A stretch of 64,000 nt of DNA from a virus: positions 1 to 64,000 of the IMG/VR virus record IMGVR_UViG_3300033148_007030; one strand, written 5' to 3'. The notes beneath the pieces were generated by a model. The model saw only the letters and a program-made list of their open reading frames with translations. It was not told where the DNA came from and did not search any database. The position numbers were made by a program, and so were the translations under genes. This document shows positions 36,482 through 47,800 of the stretch, in pieces (position 1 is the first letter of the stretch; each line of letters opens with the position of its first letter).

Positions 36482-36602
36482 TCATAATATTTAGAAATAC
36501 TTGTATTACCACGATTCGAGTATTTTCCAGAACGTGTCACTGAATCTGCTTTATATGGTATCTTAAATAAAATATCAAGCTTCCGAAGTTCCTCCCGAAT
36601 AC

Positions 36603-36657
36603 GTCTAACATCCTCCTTATCAGCGGCCTACAGGGTTGGCTGCGTTGGTGGTTATGC
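36603..36657. other. attC-like site
   Basis: GTCTAAC ... GTTATGC ends 55 bp apart; internal symmetry weak. Confidence 0.35.
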
Positions 36658-36659
36658 GT

Positions 36660-38299
36660 TTATCGTAATTTAATGCCAAGTGCTGACGCCATTTCTTCCA
36701 TAGTGCTTGCTTGTTCAAATTTTTTGTGCTGTGCCTTTATTAATTCACGTTTATCCTCTCGTTCAATATATTTAGCCCTGCGTTTTGCCTTCTTGCTTGG
36801 ATAAAATTTATTCATTTTCACCTCACACATAACAACATTATTAACCAGATTTACTGTCAGATGCATTATTAGTAATATTTATATATCTTATTCTCCCAGC
36901 TAAAGAAAATAGGAATTGCGGCGTATTCCTCTGATTTCTTTTTACCCCAAGGTTATCAAGTTCTTTGTGGGCTCTCTCTATATCTCCTAATGCTATTCTA
37001 GCCTTAGTTGATTCTTCCATATAATCACGTTCTATTTCACGTGAAATAGACAAAGGTACTACCTTCTCCTTTTTCGTAACATACCTACTACAGAAAGCGT
37101 TATAATCTGATATTGGTGTCATTGTGTCTCCTTTCACCCCTCACTCACTTGCGGGGGGTTTACTTTGGGTCGGTTTCAGCGGTTGTTGGGAGGCCTTTGA
37201 TAAAGGGCACCAATCAGGTATTGTTAAAATATCTTCTACTAGCCTTCCATTAGGTAAATCAATAGCAGAACAGTTGCGCCTACAATCACCCACGGTGCCC
37301 CCCAAGGCAGGAACAAAAAAATGGTAATGGGGACATCCCCTACAACATGTAATCTCAATAATTCTCTTTTCCATAAAGTCCTCCTAACAACATTATTAAC
37401 CAGAATTATTTCTGTATAATAACATTTCCCTTATTTTAGATCTTTTTCCATCCTTGCTTTGTTACCTGATATTTCGTGCCGTCTGACATTTCAACGATGT
37501 TGCCTTCTTTGTGAATTTTGGTAGTGACAGGTTGATCGACTTTGCGCGGAAACAACTTAAATTCTTCCTGTTTCTCTTCGGTAAGATTGTCAAACAAAGC
37601 TTTTCTTTCATCAGAAACAATCATTGTGTCACCAAAGAGATCTTTCATTTTAGCCAGTGATTTTTCATTCATTGGTCCATCGAATTGCATACTCATCTTC
37701 CCCCTCCTTTCATGGGGTGTCCTTTTTAAATTTTGTGCATTTGGGTTGCCCATCATCGCCATACTGCCATTCGCACGGATATCCTGGATCATCAATATCA
37801 AGTGCCATTGTTCTACCTATTATATGACATAATTTTGTTTCTCCATTATCATGTATGCACTGGTCACAAAAAGAGGTCATGAAGATTTCGCCCTCTGTGC
37901 CATTTGAAGGGCGGTATTTCTTAATAGGGTTACTATCCTTTATTTTTGCTATTAACTTATCTAATTGCCCTGGACGTAAGCTGTCAGAAGCACAAACATA
38001 TTTTGTACCCATCACTCCCTCCTTTCTTTTTAAACTTCGTCCCAACTTGCTAACTTGGCTTCTGGAATTTCTTCCTGGATAGAAACAAGCATTTCTTTGA
38101 TACCAAGCTCAGTATTACTACTAATCCAAAAATCCTTTAAAACAGAATCTTCTGGATAACTATCAAAAGACTCCTTCAAGACTTTTTCACTTCTTTCTGT
38201 ATGAAAAGGTAAATTTAACAAAAAATCAAAACTAGCCTGCTGCTTTTCCAACTCTTCTTGATTACCTTTTATATAACAAGTTATTCTATACTTTTTCAT
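36660..38299 (-). CDS. Cluster of six small accessory ORFs
   Basis: 36660-36815, 36841-37122, 37141-37374, 37436-37696, 37710-38012, 38030-38299. Confidence 0.55.
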
Positions 38300-38313
38300 C
38301 CACCTTCTCCTTT

Positions 38314-39603
38314 CTAATCATTTAAAGGTTCCTCAATCATAGCTTGCTGATATAAATATGCTGGTAATGTTTTCCAATATAAAGACTCTTGTGAAAACCA
38401 TCCAGGAGTAACTCTCGATAAATCTTCATTCAATTGTTTATCCAACGCTGCAAAAACATATCTGACAAGATGAACTGGATATTGCCTTTCAAGAGGTTCA
38501 AGAAGAATTTTATCTCCATTCTTTTTGAAGAAGTCTGTTAACATCTTTCCCGCTTTTCTAAAACAATTCTCCTCCCTACTTGTAAACCCATTTGAATGTG
38601 AGTTACCTAGAACTTTCTGAACATACTGGGCTTTGAACTCTTTGGTAAGTTCTGGATGAATATCAGTTACAGGAGGATCTTTAAGAGGTAATGGTGGATT
38701 TAAGTAAAAGAGTAATAAAGCTTTATTTCCAATAGAACGAGGATTGTAAATAAAATCAACTAATGATAATCCTTTCAAGTAGGTTTTATTTTGGGGTTCG
38801 TACGAAGGATTGGTTGTAGCAATTTTGAAATGTCCTATTGCCAATTTAATCTGTTCGGAAGTAATCTTCTTATCTTTATACTCATTTACTTCGAACCTAC
38901 CTCTAATAAGTTGTTTAGCCCGTTTAACTATATCTTTGTAAACATTAGTGGAAGGATTCTTATGTTGTCGTAAACCTGAATTATTCCAATAGTCAATAAT
39001 ATCCTGAATAGTAGCAGGAACTGTAATGGGTTTGGTTTCCTTCTTCTTTGGTATAAGGGAATGATTATCTTTAAGTTTAGAACGAATTCTTTTTGCTTTG
39101 CTTCTTTTTAGTAAGGATGGTTTATTATGAAATGATTTATCAAAGGAGGAGGGCAGTTCAGGCGAAGCCTGTACTTCTAAAACTTTAGTTTTAGAAGAAT
39201 AATCTCTATCTAATAAACTCTTATTAATATACTCATTGATTTCATTAGGCTGCTTAATAGAATTCATAAGGCAGCCTTTTAGCTTTTCAGAAATATCGGA
39301 GGCTATTCTCAACGTTCTTTTTCTCCCATCAAAGCTCTCCAATTCTACTAATCCCAAACTTATAAGTTTATTGATAGCTTTACTTATGGTAGATTCTCCA
39401 ATATTAAGAAAATTAGCAAAATATTTGTTGGAAGCAAAACATCCTTTTTTCTTAGTTAGACTTTCTATTTCTACATATAAAACTTTCTCGTACCAATTAA
39501 GTCCTGTAGCTAGATAAATTTCTTTCCTAATCCATACTCCTGTAAAACCCCTTTCTTTTTTCCCCGGGTTCATTTCTTCTTTTATTTCTTGTTCCATAAA
39601 CAC
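38314..39603 (-). CDS. Replication initiator-like protein with N-terminal winged HTH
   Basis: FTGVWI..EI, EK.LY.EI.SL, GCFASNKYFA.FL....STISKAI.KL...G; IIDYWN. Confidence 0.75.
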   Translation of the reverse strand: MFMEQEIKEEMNPGKKERGFTGVWIRKEIYLATGLNWYEKVLYVEIESLTKKKGCFASNKYFANFLNIGESTISKAINKLISLGLVELESFDGRKRTLRIASDISEKLKGCLMNSIKQPNEINEYINKSLLDRDYSSKTKVLEVQASPELPSSFDKSFHNKPSLLKRSKAKRIRSKLKDNHSLIPKKKETKPITVPATIQDIIDYWNNSGLRQHKNPSTNVYKDIVKRAKQLIRGRFEVNEYKDKKITSEQIKLAIGHFKIATTNPSYEPQNKTYLKGLSLVDFIYNPRSIGNKALLLFYLNPPLPLKDPPVTDIHPELTKEFKAQYVQKVLGNSHSNGFTSREENCFRKAGKMLTDFFKKNGDKILLEPLERQYPVHLVRYVFAALDKQLNEDLSRVTPGWFSQESLYWKTLPAYLYQQAMIEEPLND

Positions 39604-39626
39604 CTCCTTCTATACTAAAATTACTT

Positions 39627-40796
39627 TTATCCTTTGATTACTCCTAATGGATAGAGTTTTACCAATGGTTTAATAAGATCAAGTTGGGATTCAACCACGT
39701 AATCAATATCTTTATATGCCTGTGGCGCTTCTCCAAGGTCTATATTTCCTTTTCGATCTTGTCCCCATCCATCAAACACAACACCACCCATAGCTTTATC
39801 ACATTCCACTTTATTCAATCGTCTAGAAGCATCTTTTCTGCCCATTGTTCTTCCGGCTCCGTGTGAACAAGAATTAAATGATTCAGGATTACCCAAACCC
39901 TCAACAATATAAGATGGAGTTCCCATACTGCCGGGAATAATTCCAAGCTCTCCCTTCCTGGCTCTCGTGGCCCCTTTCCTGTGAATAAGAACATTTTTGC
40001 CAAAATGATTTTCCCACGCAGCATAGTTGTGATGAATGTTAATTTCTTTTTGAAAATCACTGGAATTAAGAATTGTACTAACAGCCCCCTTTAAATGCCC
40101 CATAATTAAAGTTCTATTCATTTTGGCAAAACTTAACGCAAAAGTCATTGCTTCAATATAATCTTTTGCCTGTTGATCTTCTATTGGGAGAAAGGCCAAC
40201 TCCTTATCTGGAATATTTGAATGCCATCGCTCACAAAATTTTATGGCAAGATCATTATAATGTTTTGCTATTTTGTACCCAATATTTCTTGAACCGGAGT
40301 GAACCATTAACCAGACATAATCATCATTTCCTTTTTGAATTTCAATAAAGTGATTTCCCCCGCCAAGCGTCCCTATCTGTTTTCTTGCGGATTCTATTTG
40401 GTTTTGTAGTATTGGTAAATCTGGAGCATCATCAAACCCATCCCAGTCATAATCTTCTTCGTTATGATTAAAACCTACCGGTACAGATTTCCTTACTAAT
40501 TCAATGATTAATTTAATTTTATCTTTTGGAAGATGCAGAATATTTGTTTGCACCGCGCACATCCCGCATCCAATATCTACACCAACAGCATTTGGGATAA
40601 CAGCTCTATTACACGCTATAACACCCCCTATTGGCATCCCATACCCCTGGTGACAATCCGGCATTAAAGCCACATGTTTAAATATAACAGGATGCCTAGC
40701 AAGATTCTCTGCTTGTTTCATTGCTCCATCTTCGATTGGTTCACACCATGATTTTATTGGAATACGTTGATTACTTTCATACTTTACCCATTTCAT
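39627..40796 (-). CDS. rtcB: RtcB RNA ligase
   Basis: MPDCHQGYGMPIG, GVDIGCG, GGGNHFIE, HSGSR, HHNY, HRKGAT, SHGAGR, EAPQAYK. Confidence 0.95.
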   Translation of the reverse strand: MKWVKYESNQRIPIKSWCEPIEDGAMKQAENLARHPVIFKHVALMPDCHQGYGMPIGGVIACNRAVIPNAVGVDIGCGMCAVQTNILHLPKDKIKLIIELVRKSVPVGFNHNEEDYDWDGFDDAPDLPILQNQIESARKQIGTLGGGNHFIEIQKGNDDYVWLMVHSGSRNIGYKIAKHYNDLAIKFCERWHSNIPDKELAFLPIEDQQAKDYIEAMTFALSFAKMNRTLIMGHLKGAVSTILNSSDFQKEINIHHNYAAWENHFGKNVLIHRKGATRARKGELGIIPGSMGTPSYIVEGLGNPESFNSCSHGAGRTMGRKDASRRLNKVECDKAMGGVVFDGWGQDRKGNIDLGEAPQAYKDIDYVVESQLDLIKPLVKLYPLGVIKG

Positions 40797-40820
40797 ACTG
40801 TTACCTCCTTAAAAACACAA

Positions 40821-40961
40821 AAAGAGTTTGTTTTGGAAAACTCCCTAGCCAAAGATAGATTTTTTAGTCCTGTCTCGACCCGGCCCCCCAGGCATCAAAC
40901 AGACAACCAGGGAGTCTTCTAAAACAAACTCTTTCAAAATTCTATCTTTTGATTTGTTCAT
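40821..40961 (-). promoter_or_regulatory. Attenuator-like leader: 26-bp stem plus 38-aa leader ORF (40845-40961)
   Basis: 40821-40846 pairs with 40909-40934 (24/26), followed by a U-rich tract and the rtcB SD. Confidence 0.5.
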
Positions 40962-41038
40962 AACTTCTTTCTTCACATGGGGGCTCTCAATATTTTTATA
41001 ATTATAAAATATTTTTAAAAAGAAATAAAGAAAAAAAT

Positions 41039-41188
41039 TTATTCTCCCTCTTTTTCATCCTTTTCTACTTCTTCCCGCAAGAGTTTCAATATCAAATCCT
41101 TAATAGTAATCTTTCGTTTCGACACAAGCATGCTCACTTTGTACCACAACTCTGGATCATAATGTGGTAGTAAATATGTATTACTCAT
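41039..41188 (-). CDS. Small ribbon-helix-helix-like protein (49 aa, not in ORF track)
   Basis: MSNTYLLPHYDPELWYKVSMLVSKRKITIKDLILKLLREEV; SD GGAGG. Confidence 0.55.
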   Translation of the reverse strand: MSNTYLLPHYDPELWYKVSMLVSKRKITIKDLILKLLREEVEKDEKEGE

Positions 41189-41204
41189 TCCTTATTCCTC
41201 CTTT

Positions 41205-41882
41205 CTATTTAAAAAGTATTGATCCTTTACGAATAACTGGATTGAATAGATCTAACTTGACCTTACCCAATCCTTTACACTTATAACAATCTTTGAATCC
41301 TGTTCTAGTAATTCTTCCAGTCCCATCACATTTTCTACATGTAACTACCTTAAAAATTCCAGTCCCTTTGCATTTATAACAATCAACCACCCTACCGTTT
41401 CTCTGTTTGAATTTCCCAGTTCCTTTACAAACTCGACACCCCAAAGTTTTCTTCCCAGAGGATCTTTGTTTACCAAGAAATGCCCCCCAAAATCCCTTGA
41501 TCTCTGGCCCAAGGTCACATTCGTCGCATTTAGCAAAATGAAGTCCATAAGGATCAAATATCTCTGTTTTCCCACTGCCGCCACATTCAGAGCAAGGTTC
41601 CCAAAAAGTAAACATATCCTCATTCTCTTCAAAGGATTTCATTGCCTGTTCTTTCTGCTCTTTCCCTATTCCAAAAGAGATGGCTAAATTCTTCAAGTGT
41701 TTGTAGGCGATTATAACCCCCTTAGCTTTCTCCTCAAGAGCAATATTCCCAGCAGTATCAGGATGACAGGATTTAATCATAGCTCGAAACTTATTAGACA
41801 ACTCCTCAGGTGAAAAAGGATACTCTCCGATTCCTAAATGCTGCATTGCTTCTTCTGTTCTTGCTCCTATTTGTATTCTCAT
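41205..41882 (-). CDS. DnaJ-like protein (J domain plus CxxCxGxG zinc fingers)
   Basis: HPD; five CxxCxGxG repeats. Confidence 0.85.
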   Translation of the reverse strand: MRIQIGARTEEAMQHLGIGEYPFSPEELSNKFRAMIKSCHPDTAGNIALEEKAKGVIIAYKHLKNLAISFGIGKEQKEQAMKSFEENEDMFTFWEPCSECGGSGKTEIFDPYGLHFAKCDECDLGPEIKGFWGAFLGKQRSSGKKTLGCRVCKGTGKFKQRNGRVVDCYKCKGTGIFKVVTCRKCDGTGRITRTGFKDCYKCKGLGKVKLDLFNPVIRKGSILFK

Positions 41883-42668
41883 TATTCTACCTTTTTTAAT
41901 GGTAATATTTCTGGATCAGGTTTATCTAATTCAAGAAGAACTTTATCGACATCCATGACTTGAACCGTCCTAAGAACAGATAAACACTTGCGAATTACCG
42001 ATTTATTGAAATCATACCTATCCTTTTCCTCTGGATAAAAAAGCATTGCCCAAAAACTATTTGGAGACAAATCCATGACAAAATTCGAAAAATCGTGCTC
42101 TATTCGAATATATGATTGGGCTATTGATAGCAACAAATGAGCGATATCTTTAGAAGAACAATATTCCGGCTCTATTCCGTTTCTAATTGAAACAATTCTC
42201 TTCATGTCTTCAATAACATCTGTTTCCTTGTACCAACCTTTTGCATATAAATAAATATGTGAATCTGCATTCTTCATAACTATTCCTCCTTTTCTTTTAA
42301 TGCTTCCAGACATTTATCAAATAAACAATTTACTGCCTTATCCCCACAAAACTCCCTCCATGGTTCCCCATATCTGTAACAATAAAGAATACAATCTTCC
42401 ATGAAAAACCGATACTTACCATCTTCTAAAATAATCTCGTCCATTTTCAACCTCCCTTTGCAAGTTTTTTCATATAACCAACCAAACAAACAAAACCACA
42501 AAAAGCTAAATCAGTTGAAATTAAACGGTCAGCTTTACGAACTTTTCCAACTTTATCCACTCCTTTACTAATTATAATTTCATTTATCCCATACATTTTT
42601 ATCCAACCAATCTTTTCTTCAGGATTGATTATATATTTACCACAATGGTCACAGTACCCTATACTCAT
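41882..42668 (-). CDS. Three hypothetical proteins
   Basis: Abutting ORFs with SDs. Confidence 0.55.
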
Positions 42669-42669
42669 C

Positions 42670-43581
42670 TCACTCCCCTTCTCTAAAAAGTTCTTGTTTT
42701 AATTCTTTAGCTAATTTATCACTCATATCTGCTGGATCTCCCTTTTCTAATTCAATCATCTCTGTTATAGGAACAAATCCAGATAACGCGTTTCTAAGTG
42801 CTTCTGCTCTCTTCATAGCTAAGGGTTCAGGATCAAATAAAACATAAGCTTCCTTTAAATTTTTAGCTCGTAACAAATTGATCTGAGCCCAAGTAAATTC
42901 AAGACCAAATGTACAAACTACCCCATCTCCTAATCGCCAAACATCAAAAGGGCCTTCCACAATAATCACTTTATCCTTAACAGAATCAATATTATACAAA
43001 CATTCTTTTGCTGGTATTATCGATTCTTCAATCGAACAATGTTTGTATGCAGTATGGGCTTTCCCAGTTACATCTCTACTGGTAAAACATACAAGTTTCC
43101 TATCCATGTAAATTGGAATTATCAATCTAAATTTCCAATCTCCTAAATTGTAACAAGCTTTGATTTCGTATTTTTTTATCAAGTAATCAGGATCAAATCT
43201 TCTGTTTATTAAATACTTTCTATGTAAATCAGGTAGGGTATCTGTAGCCTCCTTTGGCAACATAATATGATTACTTCTTATCTGTATATCTTTTTTCAAA
43301 TAATCGAAAGTCTTGTCCTGATATCTCTCAACAATGGTGTTGGCTTCTGCCCAGGAACATTCTTCAATTTCTCTGACTATCATTGTTGCCGGGCCTTTTA
43401 CCCCACAAGACCAACAATGCAGAAGTTTGGAAGTTAAATTTATTCCAAGATGATTTGAAGGATCTGAGCACCAAAGGCAATTTATATTAACCCAACCTCT
43501 GGATACATTCTTTCCAGATTCAAAATATTCGACCCCTTTATCATCAAAATATTGAAGTATATCAAAGTTTTCTAAGGACAT
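42670..43581 (-). CDS. DNA primase (zinc finger plus TOPRIM)
   Basis: CLWC..HCWSC, IVEGPFD, FDPE, DPAD. Confidence 0.88.
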   Translation of the reverse strand: MSLENFDILQYFDDKGVEYFESGKNVSRGWVNINCLWCSDPSNHLGINLTSKLLHCWSCGVKGPATMIVREIEECSWAEANTIVERYQDKTFDYLKKDIQIRSNHIMLPKEATDTLPDLHRKYLINRRFDPDYLIKKYEIKACYNLGDWKFRLIIPIYMDRKLVCFTSRDVTGKAHTAYKHCSIEESIIPAKECLYNIDSVKDKVIIVEGPFDVWRLGDGVVCTFGLEFTWAQINLLRAKNLKEAYVLFDPEPLAMKRAEALRNALSGFVPITEMIELEKGDPADMSDKLAKELKQELFREGE

Positions 43582-43585
43582 TTAT

Positions 43586-44763
43586 TTACTCCAATAAATA
43601 AGCTTCTGAACATAAATCACATAAAACCCCAAAACCAGGAAAATCCCTAACTTCTACGCTCTCTGGTAAACCCCACCAAGTATTCTCTACTATTCTTAGT
43701 AACTTTGTATCTCTATTCGATCTCAGCACTTCAATATACTGCAAAATATCTACCGGAAAATTTTCTTTTAATATCTCCTTCACTTGTTGTAATCTTATTT
43801 TTTCTGGTACTGGAGCAGTTATAATAAAATTATCATTAAATTTCTTTCCTTTTCTAGGATGAAATCTGGAGATTAGTTTCCTTAAATTTTCCCAATTTTC
43901 ATCAACTAATTCCCACCATTCTTCTTTCGTTTTAGGGTAAGACATGTTTATTCTCCTTTATCTCTATTTCGTTGTTTACAAAAGGTATCTCTGGCATACC
44001 ACTGTACATATACTTACCAAAAATCTCCATCAGTTCCCACAGTTGAAATTTATATTTTTTACTTGGTAACATATGACAAAAGATTAATTTCTCTGGAGCT
44101 TTTTTATTTAATATTTGCTTTCCAAAATCCGTCAAATCAACTATAACCCTATCATTTATATTAAATTTCATTTTACTTCCTCTCCCTTCTTTCTTAAACC
44201 TCTTTCTTGTTTATAATCTTCCTCTATACATAATTGGGCATATCTAATTAAAACCTCTGTAGGTTCTATTTCCCATCCCACTACTTCCTGTTTTGCTTGT
44301 GCAAGTAATCTTTGGCCTATCCCCGCTGTTTTAGGGTAAGGTGCATCTGTCGGAAATAGATTTTTAATAATATCAATTGCTTTTTGTCTTTTCATTATTC
44401 ACCTTCTTTCTTTTTAAGTTCTTCAAGAACAGCAAGAACAAAGTTTTCAAATGTCCCAAACTTTCGACCAATAAATATACCAGCCCATAAATAAAATATA
44501 ACTGCCCCTATTGCAATTAAACATTCTATTATCTGTTGTATCATTTTACTTCTTCTCCTTTCTTTTGTTTAATCCTTCATGAATCCCATCGAAAGATCAT
44601 CAGGCTGTTTTCCATATTCTTTAATACATTGATCAATCCATTCTTGTATTTCAGAAGGCCCCCCACTTGTAACAAGTCCATACCCTCTACCTTCTTTATT
44701 CCATCGCGGATCTTTGTCACTGTATAACCACCAACTACCCATTTTAGGTCCAAACATACTCAT
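43586..44763 (-). CDS. Several small hypothetical proteins
   Basis: 43586-43945, 43932-44171, 44168-44395, 44569-44763. Confidence 0.55.
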
Positions 44764-44765
44764 AA

Positions 44766-45245
44766 TTATTCTCCTTTCTTTTGTTTAAAAAGGTTTCTCT
44801 TCTTAGCCCCATCCAAAATGGTTATTCCATTTAGATGATCAATTTCGTGTTGTATTACAAAAGAAGTTATATTCTTCCTCGGTTTGATTTCTATATAATC
44901 ACCTTTCTGATCAAATCCCTCCACTACAATCACTCTGTCTCGTTTAATGTTCCTTCGTATGTTTGGAACACTCAAACAACCTTCTTGCTCTGAAACCATT
45001 TTCCCTTTAGTAAAAGTTATAACTGGATTAATAAGAACCTGCATATCATTGTTGTCATCACGAAAAGTAATAATCCTTTTACCAACATCAACCTGAGGAG
45101 CAGCTAATCCCATTCCTCTATCAAATAAGGTATCCAGCATATCTTCAATAAATTTCTGTTCTTTCTTTATATCAGATGGTTGAACTCTTACTGCTATTTC
45201 TAATAAAATTAATTTTGGATATTTAACTATGTTTAAAATTGTCAT
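44766..45245 (-). CDS. def: Peptide deformylase
   Basis: GMGLAAPQV, EGCLSVP, QHEIDHLNG. Confidence 0.95.
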   Translation of the reverse strand: MTILNIVKYPKLILLEIAVRVQPSDIKKEQKFIEDMLDTLFDRGMGLAAPQVDVGKRIITFRDDNNDMQVLINPVITFTKGKMVSEQEGCLSVPNIRRNIKRDRVIVVEGFDQKGDYIEIKPRKNITSFVIQHEIDHLNGITILDGAKKRNLFKQKKGE

Positions 45246-45993
45246 GATGAAATAATACCTCCTTTCTTTTCTAATGTTAAATCTGATACCTTACTTTTTC
45301 CAATCCTACCAAACAGAAGTCCAAGACATCTAACTGTAGCAACCACAGTTGGAGGAGATGTAGACCAATCATTTTGCAAATCTCGTATTTCTGCTCTCCC
45401 TCCACTAATATGTCTGACAATATCTCCTTTTTTAAAAATTTGTGGAACTAAAACCATGATTATCTCCTTTCTTATTTATAAACATCCTAATTAAATCTCC
45501 ACAAGTTCAGAAAGTAATAAAGCACATATTGCTTCTTTTTCTTCATGTTTTGGCTCAAAAGATCCCATAAAAGATTTTAAATATGGAAGAGCTTTTGCCT
45601 TAAAATCCTCATCTAAACCCTTCTTAAAGTTTATCTTTCCCCCATTAAAAAACAGTTCGGAAAACAAGTCATTATATGGCGTATACCCATTGTAAAAACC
45701 CCGTTTCTTTGCTTCTTCTAATAGGTTCTTATCGGTTTTAATGGTTGATATAATAATCCCAGTTATTTTAGGAAATTTATATTGTTTAAGATCCATAATT
45801 ATCTCCTTTCATAATGGTTAGCGACTTCCTTCAGAAAAGCCAATGCTTTACCTGGAGTCTTTTTTGATATTTTGATAACCTTAGGAATAAAACCAGCATC
45901 TAAATAATAGATATAGGTTACTCCATTTATTGTAGCCCCCATCTCACCATCTTTAGTATAATATCTGATTTTAAAGTTAAGTTTTTTTAGCAT
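45242..45993 (-). CDS. Three small hypothetical proteins
   Basis: ORF track, SDs. Confidence 0.55.
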
Positions 45994-46007
45994 TTCTATC
46001 CTTTCTT

Positions 46008-46370
46008 TTAAACATCATAAGAACGGAAATGTAAAATTATAATCCCTTCCTTTTCAGCCCTTCTCATCATATCTTTGCTGCCTTTGGAATTCTCAAGATC
46101 GTTATGAAATACAATAACCATATCAGGATTTTCAACATCTAACATCTGTTGATTGCGAATAAATCCAGCGCCCCTCCCATATTTGTCCCACTCAGCAGGG
46201 TAAACCCGAACTTCATAATCTAACCGTTTTGCAATATCTCCCGCAATCCTGTCAGCCCCCCGACAATCCCCATGAATTATAATCGGATTTTCTTTTTCAA
46301 AAGCAGCCAACACATATACCACAGAGGATAAATCCATCCAATTTCTACCCCCACAAATTAAAACTTTCAT
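46008..46370 (-). CDS. SLOG/YspA-like (DUF2493) protein
   Basis: VLICGGR, IHGDCRGAD, AEWDKYGRGAGFIRNQQM, SKGSKDM. Confidence 0.85.
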   Translation of the reverse strand: MKVLICGGRNWMDLSSVVYVLAAFEKENPIIIHGDCRGADRIAGDIAKRLDYEVRVYPAEWDKYGRGAGFIRNQQMLDVENPDMVIVFHNDLENSKGSKDMMRRAEKEGIIILHFRSYDV

Positions 46371-46465
46371 TCGGGCCTCCTTTGTTATAGGTTAATATTA
46401 CCTTAAAATCCTTTGATACAATAGAAATTCATAGGGCACAATCAATGATCTCTTTAAAGGTATAC

Positions 46466-47782
46466 TCATATCCACCCCATATCAGAATACAAGGCTAACC
46501 TCTCTGCAATATGGCTTATCAGATAATTATGACTAAGATCTAAAAAATCCACAATAATAGCTTCATTCTTACCCTTGACTACTGTTAAACCTCTACCTAC
46601 TGCTTGTAATGTCATTGTTTCGCTTTTTCCCCCGCATCCATTAATAACAGAATTCAAAGATGGGATATTTACTCCTTCTCTAAATACTGCTGTGGCGATA
46701 ACAATCTTTATGCTCTTATTTTCAAGAGACTTCTTAACTCCCATTCTTGCTTCTGAATCAGTAGCCCCTTGAACAAAAGGGATATCTAACCCATAAAGTC
46801 GTTTGGCAAGATCAACCAAATTATCTCCGTGGGCAATTTGAACCACCAGAATTAAAACTGTATTTCCTTCATCCATTAATTTCCGAGCTTCCTTTACAAT
46901 TAATCTGTTCCTAGCTCTATTGAAAACAATACCTTTTTCATAAACAACTTTATATTTACCCAGTTTTCGTATTCGTTCACTTTTAGGAACCTTGATCAAT
47001 TGTATTCTTGGTCTTGCTATAATTCCTTTTTCTGCTGCTTCCTGTATAGTTAACTCTCCAATAACAGGTCCCATTGTCCCCTCCAAAGTCATCGTAGCTA
47101 CTTTACTAAGAGGAAGAGTTGCAGTAAATCCAATCCTGAGTGTAGCTAACATTTGATGAAGAACTTTCGCATAGTGTCCAGTTGGGTTACCCAAATGATG
47201 GACTTCGTCTGTTATTACCCCATCGTAAATATCACAGTATTCTATAGGGTTTTTGTTTGCCCAAGATTGAATAGTTCCAACATCCACCCGAGATGAAAAA
47301 CCAAACCTATCCACATCTTCCTGGAGTTGATTAACTATATCCAAAGTATGAGCAAGAAGAAGAAACACGCCTTTTGGAAAAGCAGAAATAATGCCCATCA
47401 TAATAATACTTTTTCCTGATCGTGTGGGGCTTTTTATAACTCCTCTTTGTATAGTAATAGCTTTTTCTATTAACTCAATCTGGTCCTGTCTAAAAGTAAT
47501 TCCAGGTATTTCAAATTTTCCAGGTTTTAATTTCTCCTCATTTCCTTTGATGGTAAGAACAATATCTTGTCGTTTACAATACCCCTTTACTCTTGGAATA
47601 AGTCCTGTAAGAAACACCCCTTCTTTATCAATCAGATATTTTCTGTATTCCTTTTTTGTTCTCTTTCCAAACCTGCCCCTTATCCAAAACTCAGCTTTGT
47701 AGGATAAAAGTGGTTTTAGTAAACCAATTCCTTCTTTTACCTGAGAATGGACAGGATCTAATATAGTAATTTTTAAATTCAT
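46466..47782 (-). CDS. Superfamily 2 (DEAH, UvsW-like) helicase
   Basis: PTRSGKS, DEVHH, GFTAT, EGVNIP, QAVGRG. Confidence 0.9.
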   Translation of the reverse strand: MNLKITILDPVHSQVKEGIGLLKPLLSYKAEFWIRGRFGKRTKKEYRKYLIDKEGVFLTGLIPRVKGYCKRQDIVLTIKGNEEKLKPGKFEIPGITFRQDQIELIEKAITIQRGVIKSPTRSGKSIIMMGIISAFPKGVFLLLAHTLDIVNQLQEDVDRFGFSSRVDVGTIQSWANKNPIEYCDIYDGVITDEVHHLGNPTGHYAKVLHQMLATLRIGFTATLPLSKVATMTLEGTMGPVIGELTIQEAAEKGIIARPRIQLIKVPKSERIRKLGKYKVVYEKGIVFNRARNRLIVKEARKLMDEGNTVLILVVQIAHGDNLVDLAKRLYGLDIPFVQGATDSEARMGVKKSLENKSIKIVIATAVFREGVNIPSLNSVINGCGGKSETMTLQAVGRGLTVVKGKNEAIIVDFLDLSHNYLISHIAERLALYSDMGWI

Positions 47783-47800
47783 TAGTGAAATCCTTAATGT

